The position numbers and the translations under genes are program-made. The notes under the pieces are model-generated. The model saw only the letters and a list, made by a program, of their open reading frames with translations, did not search any database and had not been told where the DNA came from. From an uncultured Verrucomicrobiae bacterium (GTDB taxonomy: Bacteria > Verrucomicrobiota > Verrucomicrobiia > Chthoniobacterales > Chthoniobacteraceae): 64,000 bases of DNA. Where the stretch lies: the NCBI GenBank assembly GCA_963769025.1, contig CAVYKI010000012.1, positions 64,001 through 128,000 on the forward strand. The letters are read 5' to 3'. Every line of letters starts with the position of its first letter. Position 1 is the stretch's first letter. Below are positions 51,565 to 59,224 of the stretch, piece after piece.

Positions 51565-52006
51565 TCCGCGGAAGCCAGTCCGGCAAAAGTCCGCCCGTCT
51601 GCACCGGCAGAAAATCGGGAATGGCGGGCTGGGATTGTCGGGCGTGGGAAAAACATGAAGGTCGTGTGAAGCCGTTATAATCGCATCCGGCCAGATTCAT
51701 TTGATCCGCAGACCGTTGCTGGGCAAAGGCGACACGGTCGAAGGCATCCGCCAAAATTCAAGCGCAGTCCGCTCAAATTCATCCGGAGCCAATCGAAGAC
51801 GGCAGAAGGCGCGGAGATTCGCTCGCGCGTCATTTTCGCCAGCCAGAATCCGGGGATGGAGGATCACGGCGAGTTCACGCGCGTGGCGGAAGTTTCTTCC
51901 AAAGGAAGCGCGGGCGGCGCAGGTTGTCCGCTCGCCGCGCAGCGGGGCCTCGATGGCACCGGGCGCGCGCACTTTTCCAACACTCCAAACCCCATCCCAT
52001 CGCACC

Positions 52007-53002
52007 ATGAAAAAAGCCACACTCCTCGCATTCGCCTGTCTCGCCGGAATCTCCTACGCCGCGGAGGTGAAGCGCGTGATCGTCTGCACCGTGACCACCG
52101 GGTTCCGGCATAGCTCGATTCCGTTCGCGGAGGCGACGCTGGAGAAGCTCGCGAAGGAGAGCGGGGCATTCGAGATCGTGGATTTCGCGCGGCAGCCGGA
52201 CGTAAAAATCCCACAGCGCCCGCGCAAGCCGAAGGACCTTGCGCCGACGGCGAATGACAAGGACAAGGCGCGCCATGCGGAGGACATGAAGAAATTCGAG
52301 GCCGAGCAGGCGAAGTGGACGCCGGAACTGGTGGCGCAGGAGAAGGCTGCGAAGGAGAGCTTCGAGACGGGAGTGAAGGCGAGCCTCGCGAAGCTGTCGC
52401 CTGAGAATCTGCGCGCGAAGAAAATCGACGGTGTCATTTTTGCGAACACGACGGGCGACCTGCCGCTGCCGGACAAGGAGGGCTTCATCAAGTGGATCGA
52501 GGACGGGCATGCGTTCATGGGGATGCACTCGGCGAGCGACACGTTCCATCAGTTCAAAGGCTACGGCGAGATGCTCCAGGGGGAGTTCAGGACGCACGGC
52601 AAGCAGGTGCCGGCGGACCTCGTGGCGGCGGACACGGCGCATCCGGCGAATGCGGGAATCGGCAGCAAGTGGGACATCAAGCTGGAGGAGATGTACGAGA
52701 TGAAGGAGGGCAGCCACGACCGCTCGAAGCTGCGCGCGCTGTGGTTCCTGAAACACCCGCCGCAGGATCCGACGAAGGAGGAATACGCGCCGGTGAGCTG
52801 GTGCCGGATGGCAGGGACGGGCCGCGTCTTTTACACGAGCCTCGGCCATCGCGAGGATCTGTGGAGCGATGATCCGGCGATGCCGGGCCGCGTCAATCCG
52901 CCGGAGACTGCGAAACAATATCAGGCGCACATCCTCGGGGGCATCAAGTGGGCGCTCGGGCTCGCCAAGGGCGACGCGACGCCGAACCCGGAAGTGAAGT
53001 AA
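52007..53002 (+). CDS. ThuA-like (trehalose utilization domain) secreted protein
   Basis: TTGFRHSSI, FANTTG, GMHSASDT, GRVFYTSLGH, GGIKWA. Confidence 0.88.
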   Translation: MKKATLLAFACLAGISYAAEVKRVIVCTVTTGFRHSSIPFAEATLEKLAKESGAFEIVDFARQPDVKIPQRPRKPKDLAPTANDKDKARHAEDMKKFEAEQAKWTPELVAQEKAAKESFETGVKASLAKLSPENLRAKKIDGVIFANTTGDLPLPDKEGFIKWIEDGHAFMGMHSASDTFHQFKGYGEMLQGEFRTHGKQVPADLVAADTAHPANAGIGSKWDIKLEEMYEMKEGSHDRSKLRALWFLKHPPQDPTKEEYAPVSWCRMAGTGRVFYTSLGHREDLWSDDPAMPGRVNPPETAKQYQAHILGGIKWALGLAKGDATPNPEVK

Positions 53003-53021
53003 CCGCCTATCCGCACGAACC

Positions 53022-53633
53022 ATGAAGGCACTCGCATTTTCCGCCGCATTCCTCCTCACAACCGTCGCCTTCGCAGCGGACGACGAGACGGGATTCACGC
53101 CGCTCTTCAACGGCAAGGACATGACCGGCTGGCACGTCCGCAAACCCGCCGCACACAACGCGTGGAAGGTGGAGGGCGGCGTGCTCAAGAACGAGCTGAA
53201 GCCCGGCGAGCACGGGGTGGATCTGGTGACGGATGCGAAGTTCAGGGACTTCACCGTGCGCTACGAGTATCAGGTGCCGGACGGATCGAACTCGGGCTTC
53301 TACCTGCGCGGGCGGCATGAGATCCAGATCCTCGGCGACTACAAGTCGGGCAAGGTGGCGAAAGGCGGAAACGGGGCGATCTACAACTTCAAGGAGCCGT
53401 CGGAATTTGCGAGCAAGCCGGCGGGCGAATGGCAGTCGGTCGAGGCGACGATCGTGGGACAGAAAATCACGGTCGTGCTGAACGGAAAAAAGATCCACGA
53501 CGCCGTGGAGTGCGCCAAGCCGACGGGCAGCCAGCTCGACAACGATGTCAACGAGCCGGGATCGCTCTTCCTGCAAGGCGACCACGGGACCGTCGCGTTC
53601 CGGCACATCCGCATCAAGGCGCTGGGGAAGTGA
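53022..53633 (+). CDS. DUF1080 / 3-keto-glycoside hydrolase-like secreted protein
   Basis: LFNGKDMTGW, NSGFYLRG, EIQILGD, GEWQ, LQGDHG, FRHIRIK. Confidence 0.92.
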   Translation: MKALAFSAAFLLTTVAFAADDETGFTPLFNGKDMTGWHVRKPAAHNAWKVEGGVLKNELKPGEHGVDLVTDAKFRDFTVRYEYQVPDGSNSGFYLRGRHEIQILGDYKSGKVAKGGNGAIYNFKEPSEFASKPAGEWQSVEATIVGQKITVVLNGKKIHDAVECAKPTGSQLDNDVNEPGSLFLQGDHGTVAFRHIRIKALGK

Positions 53634-54074
53634 TCCAACAAGGCGGCACCGTTGGCCGCATTGCAACACGAGGCAAGCTGAAGGCCGCCCAGCGGCCAGA
53701 CACGGGGTTCGCGTTTGCGCTCGCGCTGTGCTTCGCAATTCCGTGGCTGCTCAATGCTTCGGACACCGGTCGCGTGGCCACGCCCGTGCACGATCGGGCT
53801 TGAACTGACATCCCCGCTGTGTCGCGCTCCGGCAGCGGGGATTCGGAAGGTTGATGGGCTTTGACGCCCCGCCTCAATCAGCCGCGGGCAGGCCGTGATT
53901 TGAAGAGTTCTCTTGGGCGTTACGTCAGAGAATGCAGAGAACATGAGAACGAAACGAACACTTAAAGGATGCACGAGGCCCAGAAGCCGCAATGAGTGGC
54001 TCCGGGTGGTGAAGTCATTGGATCACTTGCTGGCGAAGCGCTCTTCGCCGGAAATCCCGAAGGAAAGCAGAGCA

Positions 54075-54410
54075 ATGATCGATCTGAGCACCGTGGAAGC
54101 CATGAACACCGCGTATGCGGCGACCTTGCGCTACTACACGGCTCTCCTCGGCGGCAGAGACCGCGATCCGAAGCTGCAGCAGCAGATCTCCCGTTTGTGG
54201 CAAAAGGCAGGCGACAAGTTGGGGCGACAGGAACCCGCACTCGCGTGCCTGCTGAACGCGAGCAATCCGTTCTGGGCGAGCGATGCCACATGGAGGAAGG
54301 GAACGATCCAAAAAGTATGGGCGCACCTGAACTCCATTCGCGCCAGCATCAACATGCTGACGCCGGTCGTAAACTCCACCCATCGCTGGAGCACGTTTTC
54401 GCCCTCCTGA
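54075..54410 (+). CDS. Hypothetical protein in a lower-GC islet
   Basis: Purine-rich aggaaag upstream of ATG 54075; helical-looking 111-aa product; start could be 53943. Confidence 0.55.
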   Translation: MIDLSTVEAMNTAYAATLRYYTALLGGRDRDPKLQQQISRLWQKAGDKLGRQEPALACLLNASNPFWASDATWRKGTIQKVWAHLNSIRASINMLTPVVNSTHRWSTFSPS

Positions 54411-54560
54411 GGACTGCAACTTCCGACGACATTCGCACGACACAGCGGCAGCCCTGAGGTGCGGCGAGGAAGCTGAAGGAACAATCAGGCGATGGGCGCC
54501 CGATGAGTCGGAGATGGCGCGGTTGGATTTTTCGCGCGAGCCGGAACAGATTTCCGCCAG

Positions 54561-54588
54561 TTGCCCGGTACGATATCGCGGCTAAATT
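54561..54588 (+). promoter_or_regulatory. Candidate sigma70 promoter of the repeat-peptide gene
   Basis: TTGCCC, 16 nt, TAAATT, ending 23 nt before ATG 54612. Confidence 0.35.
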
Positions 54589-54611
54589 CTAAGAACAGCG
54601 CCCCTCCACAA

Positions 54612-54878
54612 ATGAAAATCGTGATTGCTGCCTTCCTGCTCCTTTCCGCCTTACAGTCAATGAGCGACCCAGCGATTCGCTGTACGGATGCGTTGTGCCT
54701 GAACTTCCAAGCCGTGGTGTCCTTCAATCACCGGCACGTGCATCGTTGCACCGACGCAGCCTGCCTGAACTTTCAGCAATTCGTCCCGAACAATCACCGG
54801 CACGTCCGTCGCAATACCGATGCGACCAGCCCAAATTTCCAAAAATTCGCGCCACCCGGGCGTCCGCGTCCGCGGTAG
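54612..54878 (+). CDS. Small secreted Cys/His-rich peptide with three 22-aa tandem units
   Basis: Signal-like MKIVIAAFLLLSALQSMS; units RCTDALCLNFQAVVSFNHRHVH, RCTDAACLNFQQFVPNNHRHVR, RNTDATSPNFQKFAPPGRPRPR. Confidence 0.75.
   Translation: MKIVIAAFLLLSALQSMSDPAIRCTDALCLNFQAVVSFNHRHVHRCTDAACLNFQQFVPNNHRHVRRNTDATSPNFQKFAPPGRPRPR
54678..54875 (+). repeat. 3 x 66-bp diverged coding tandem repeat
   Basis: Units start at 54678, 54744, 54810; conserved residues use different synonymous codons. Confidence 0.85.
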
Positions 54879-54974
54879 CAGCCATCGTCAGGCTTCCGCC
54901 TAATATCGCCGCCGTGCCGCCGCAAAGGTCGGCACTTTCTCCCAGTCCCTCCGCTTAAAGGCAAGCGAGGCGGG

Positions 54975-57026
54975 CTACTGAGCGGCGTAATACTTGGGAT
55001 ACTGGTAGTAGTAGTAGCCCGGGATCTCGGTATCCACGCAGTTCAGGATGAGGCCGAGGACATTGACCTGACGCTGGTAAAGCGCATTGAGCGCGTTGCG
55101 CGTGAGCCGCGCGCTCGTGAACGACGCGCGGATGACCATGAGCGTGCCGTCGAAATTCGGCGCGAGGGTCGGCGTGTCGTCGGTGGCGAGGATCGGCGCG
55201 GTATTGAAGATGACGAGGTCGTAGGCGGCCTTCCATTCGTCGAGGAGTTTCGGGACGATGGGGAGCAGGAGCAGTTCGCCGCTCTGGTTGGTCGTCGGGC
55301 CGCGCGGGATGATGTGAAGGTTCTCCTTGCGCCCTTTCTGGATGCAGGTCTTCCAGTTCACCTCGCCCCGCAGGACGTTCGAGAGACCCTGGCGGCCGTC
55401 GATGTCGAACAGCGCCGCGATGTCGCCGCGACGGAGGTCGGCGTCCACGAGCAGCACACGGGCGCCTGCGGCGGACATGGTGATGGCAAGATTGCTGGTG
55501 ATGGTGGACTTGCCTTCGTTCGGAATCGCCGAGGTGACGATGAGCGTCTTGAGCTCCGTCTGGTTCGGCATGAAAATGAGCGAACTGCGAAGGCTGCGGA
55601 ACGCCTCGGCGAACATGAATCGCTCATCCTCCTCCTGCAGCAGCGGGAGACCGACGTTCGTGCGGCTCGATGCTACGTCGGGGATCTGGCCGACGATGGC
55701 TTCATTGAATTGCTCAATCATCTCGCTCGAAGAGGCAAGACGGTCGTCGGAGCGGTCGAGCAGGAAAAGGATCGCGATGCCGAGCAGGAAGCCGCCGATG
55801 AGTCCCGTGAGGATGTGACGAATCACGCCCTTGTCCTCGACGACTGGGAGCGAGGCCTGCTGACGAATCGCGAGGATTTCCTGGGTCGCGGGGCCGAGGC
55901 GCAGCTTATCGAGTCCCTCGCGCGTCTGGTTGTAGGTCGCTTCACGCCGGTCGACCTCCTGCTTGAGCGTCGAGTATTTCGCGGTGATCTTGCTGAAGTC
56001 GCGCGCCTTGGTCTCGGATTCGATGATCGCCGTGTCCTTGCTCTGGATTTCCGCGTTCAACCGCCGGAGGACGCCCTCGAGGTTTTTCCCAGCCTCGTCC
56101 TTCAGGACAGCAATGCCGAGGCGAAGGTCGGCCACCTCGCGCTCGAGTTGCTGGAAGCGCGGGTGCGTCGGTTTCCAAACGGTGCCCCGTTCTTGGAGCT
56201 CCGATTCCTTGATCGCGAGCTGCTCCTGCTTTTCGATCCACCGGTTGCCGAGCGAGTCGCCGGAACGTCCCGTGTTCTTCTTATCGTTCTTCGGTGAGTT
56301 CGCATCGAGCAGTCCGGTTTCGTTCAGGTTCTTGTAGATGTTCACCTGCTGGAGCAGTTCACTGCGCGTCTTGCGGAGTTCCGCAAGCTCGGTGGAAATC
56401 TGCTCCGCCTGCTGCTCGATGAACGGCACGCTGTTGTCCTCCTTGAAACTGTCCAGGATGGCGCGGCTCGCATCCACCTCCTGCTTTTCGATCTCCACAC
56501 GCCTTTGGTAATCACCGACTAGCCCGCTGCGCGCAGCGAGACTTTCCTCGCGCCGCAATTGCATGAAGGCATCCATCGTAGCATTCACAAAGGCCCGGGT
56601 GGCGTCCGCGTCCTTACCGGCGCCGCTGACGGTGAAAATGAACGTGTTCGGTTCGTTGATCGCCGAGATCTCGATGCTCTCAACGTGCGACGCCAGCTGA
56701 GGCTTATCGACGGCGATCTGCCGGGCCGCGCGCTCACGGACCACGGGGCTCTTGAGCGTCAGGACAATCGTCTCCCACCAACCGTTGACCATGGCCAGCC
56801 CCCGCGAACTGTCATCCGTGACGACCTCGCTCACATTCAGCTTGCCGACGGAGACGAAGCGCGTGGGCTTTGTGACGACGACAAACACCTGATAGAGCAG
56901 CCCCACGCTGACACAGAGCAGCAGCACCCACCAATACCGTTTCATCACGGCGCGGTACCGGTAAATGCGCAGTCCGACCGGAGAACCGGTTTCGCCGGCG
57001 GCTGTCTTGGAAATTGAGGGATCCAT
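54975..57026 (-). CDS. wzc: Polysaccharide co-polymerase / tyrosine autokinase (Wzc/GumC type)
   Basis: Two TM flanking a coiled coil; EAFRSLR, TSAIPNEGKST, LLVDADLR, C-terminal Tyr cluster YYYYQYPKYY. Confidence 0.93.
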   Translation of the reverse strand: MDPSISKTAAGETGSPVGLRIYRYRAVMKRYWWVLLLCVSVGLLYQVFVVVTKPTRFVSVGKLNVSEVVTDDSSRGLAMVNGWWETIVLTLKSPVVRERAARQIAVDKPQLASHVESIEISAINEPNTFIFTVSGAGKDADATRAFVNATMDAFMQLRREESLAARSGLVGDYQRRVEIEKQEVDASRAILDSFKEDNSVPFIEQQAEQISTELAELRKTRSELLQQVNIYKNLNETGLLDANSPKNDKKNTGRSGDSLGNRWIEKQEQLAIKESELQERGTVWKPTHPRFQQLEREVADLRLGIAVLKDEAGKNLEGVLRRLNAEIQSKDTAIIESETKARDFSKITAKYSTLKQEVDRREATYNQTREGLDKLRLGPATQEILAIRQQASLPVVEDKGVIRHILTGLIGGFLLGIAILFLLDRSDDRLASSSEMIEQFNEAIVGQIPDVASSRTNVGLPLLQEEDERFMFAEAFRSLRSSLIFMPNQTELKTLIVTSAIPNEGKSTITSNLAITMSAAGARVLLVDADLRRGDIAALFDIDGRQGLSNVLRGEVNWKTCIQKGRKENLHIIPRGPTTNQSGELLLLPIVPKLLDEWKAAYDLVIFNTAPILATDDTPTLAPNFDGTLMVIRASFTSARLTRNALNALYQRQVNVLGLILNCVDTEIPGYYYYQYPKYYAAQ

Positions 57027-57051
57027 CTTGGGCTGAGGGCTGCGAAAAGCG

Positions 57052-57756
57052 CTAGTTGCTGAATATCACGACCGACTTCGGCGGGATGTAGATTACGTCG
57101 CCATCCTGAAGCGGAACGTCGAGATCGGTCCGGCCTTCCTTCATGATCAGTTCGACATTGTGCTCATCGCTCCGCCCGGCGCGGGTGAGGCGGACTTTGC
57201 GGAGTTCCGAGTAGAGCGTCGAGCCGGCGACGATGACCGCCTCGGTCAGCTTCAGCGGATTTGTCGCCGTGAAATACTGCGGCCCAGGACGCCCGACCTT
57301 GCCTTGGATGACTGCCTTGAACGGTCGGACGGCACCAATCGCCTTGCGAACCACCCCCACTTCGACCGTCGCCCGATGGTAATACTTTTGAAGGTAACTC
57401 GTGATGGCAGCTTCCGCCTCCACGCTCGTCTTGCCAGCGATGTAAACCCTGCCCAAGCCGTTCAATTCCACCTCGCCCGTATCCGTCACCATGGTGCGGA
57501 GTGGCGGGTCGCGATCCTCTTTGACGACGACCGTGATTTCATCGCCGGCCGTCAGCTTCGTGTCCCGCGACACTGTGATGCCACCCGCATGCGGCATGGC
57601 CGAGGGAATTGCGGAACCCTCCGGCGCTCCAGCAGCGGGGCGGCTGACGCCTCGCACCGGGCGCGAAGTCCCGAGGACGTCGGACTGGGCCGAGCTGACT
57701 GTGGGAATTGCGATGAGGAGGCCTGCAAACAGGCCGGCAAACAGGCAGCTACGCAT
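57052..57756 (-). CDS. Polysaccharide export protein (Wza/OPX-like, SLBB domain)
   Basis: LTAGDEITVVV, GKVGRPG, DVPLQDGDVIYIP; signal peptide. Confidence 0.88.
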   Translation of the reverse strand: MRSCLFAGLFAGLLIAIPTVSSAQSDVLGTSRPVRGVSRPAAGAPEGSAIPSAMPHAGGITVSRDTKLTAGDEITVVVKEDRDPPLRTMVTDTGEVELNGLGRVYIAGKTSVEAEAAITSYLQKYYHRATVEVGVVRKAIGAVRPFKAVIQGKVGRPGPQYFTATNPLKLTEAVIVAGSTLYSELRKVRLTRAGRSDEHNVELIMKEGRTDLDVPLQDGDVIYIPPKSVVIFSN

Positions 57757-57773
57757 GGGTCATGGCAGGATTA

Positions 57774-59132
57774 TCAAAACTTGTAGTAAAGGCTCACCAT
57801 CCCGAGGTTCTGATAGTAATCAGCCCCGTTCCGGTTTGAGTCTTTCACAAGATAGCGATAATCGAGCCCGACCGTGAAATTATCCGTAAAAATGTGATAA
57901 ATTCCGAGCGCGGCGCCAAACCGGTGCGCATCCTCCGACACCGGTCCCGAGGTCGTGTAGTATTCGTAGAAGAACGTCGGGCGGAGGCTCGTCTTCTCGC
58001 TGATCGCCCAGTCGATGCTGTATTCCACGTGATACAGATCGTAGAAATTCGACTGGTAGCCCAGTTCAGCCGTCTTCGAAAAACTGAGCTTCTGCCGCAG
58101 ATATTCAGTCGGCCGGTTCACGAGTTCCAGCTTCGCGTACCAGCCGCTGGCATCCTCGCTGTCGACGCCGGTGCCCGTCGTGAGGCCCGTGAGGCTGTCC
58201 ACGATCGTGTAGACGGTGCCGCCGTCGAAGTTCATCTGCTGGAAGCCGACCTCCGCGTAAATATCCGTCAGGTCGTTCACCTTCCAACGCACGTACGGTC
58301 CGACGAGCAGCGCGTGGCCATCTGCGTGGGAACTCTGGCGGTATTCAAATATGCTCACCGACGCATTCAAACCGTACGTGAAATGCGGACCCGACTGCCA
58401 CGATGGCCGCAGGAAGATGGTGTTGATGCCGTGGTCGATGGATTTGTACTGATCTTCCTGAGCCCAGATGTCGTAGCGGTCGTAGCCGACGCTGACTTTT
58501 GTGTACTGGCTGGCGTCCCAATCGACCTGAATGCCGGCCTGGTTTTCCCAGCGGCGGTAGTTGGCGACATTCAGCGTGGGCTGGTCAAACGGGTCTTCCT
58601 GATACGCAAGTCGCTCACGGATGGTGAACTTGAACGCGCCCGCCTCCGCAGTCCAAGAGATCGCCGAGGTCGGCGAAATGAGGAGTGAGTCGGAATCATA
58701 CTGGCTGTGATCGAAATACTTCGCCCAGCTCAGTCCCAAGCCCAGACGCAACCGGCTCGTCTCCGAAAACCGGATCGCTCCCTCGATGTCGAATTGGGGG
58801 CGAAAGATGACGTCAGACTCGCGGTTGAATTCCGACAGCGCGATGTTGTCGTTGAACTCGAAACCGACACCGGCAGCGAGCGACAGGTCCAACGAGCCAA
58901 TCCGGATGTTGTATTCCTTCTTGTCCTGGACGAGATCGGCTTCCGTGAGCGGCTCGATTCCGTTCGGGCTGTTCCCGAGGAAGACTTCCGAGCCCGGTCC
59001 GAGCCGGCCGATGCCGCCCGAGGAGCGCGAGCTTCCGAAATCGCGGAAATATTCCTGAGCCGTCGCGGAGCCCACTGCGAGCAGGGAGACTGACCCAAGG
59101 ATTGGAATGATTCGAGTTGACAGGATTTTCAT
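57774..59132 (-). CDS. Outer-membrane beta-barrel protein associated with polysaccharide export
   Basis: Signal peptide; EFNDNI...ESDVIFRP; alternating aromatic strands; C-terminal YYKF. Confidence 0.8.
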   Translation of the reverse strand: MKILSTRIIPILGSVSLLAVGSATAQEYFRDFGSSRSSGGIGRLGPGSEVFLGNSPNGIEPLTEADLVQDKKEYNIRIGSLDLSLAAGVGFEFNDNIALSEFNRESDVIFRPQFDIEGAIRFSETSRLRLGLGLSWAKYFDHSQYDSDSLLISPTSAISWTAEAGAFKFTIRERLAYQEDPFDQPTLNVANYRRWENQAGIQVDWDASQYTKVSVGYDRYDIWAQEDQYKSIDHGINTIFLRPSWQSGPHFTYGLNASVSIFEYRQSSHADGHALLVGPYVRWKVNDLTDIYAEVGFQQMNFDGGTVYTIVDSLTGLTTGTGVDSEDASGWYAKLELVNRPTEYLRQKLSFSKTAELGYQSNFYDLYHVEYSIDWAISEKTSLRPTFFYEYYTTSGPVSEDAHRFGAALGIYHIFTDNFTVGLDYRYLVKDSNRNGADYYQNLGMVSLYYKF

Positions 59133-59224
59133 AACTTGAATTGACGGTTGCGGGCTGACCGGCCGGGGTTGTAGCACCCCACGCCGAGCGTTGGCAATTG
59201 AAAATCAGCGCCTTCTTCCGGCGA

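Noticed and set aside
51676..51681. Perfect TATAAT in the TolC/ThuA intergenic region
   Set aside because: No convincing -35 element and over 300 bp from the next plus-strand start
53630..53803. Possible small membrane peptide (FAFALALCFAIPWLL) after the DUF1080 gene
   Set aside because: Only one hydrophobic stretch and atypical codon use; cannot be supported without homologues
54678..54875. 66-bp periodicity as a mini CRISPR array
   Set aside because: Variation follows codon positions and there is no invariant repeat with unique spacers; no cas genes
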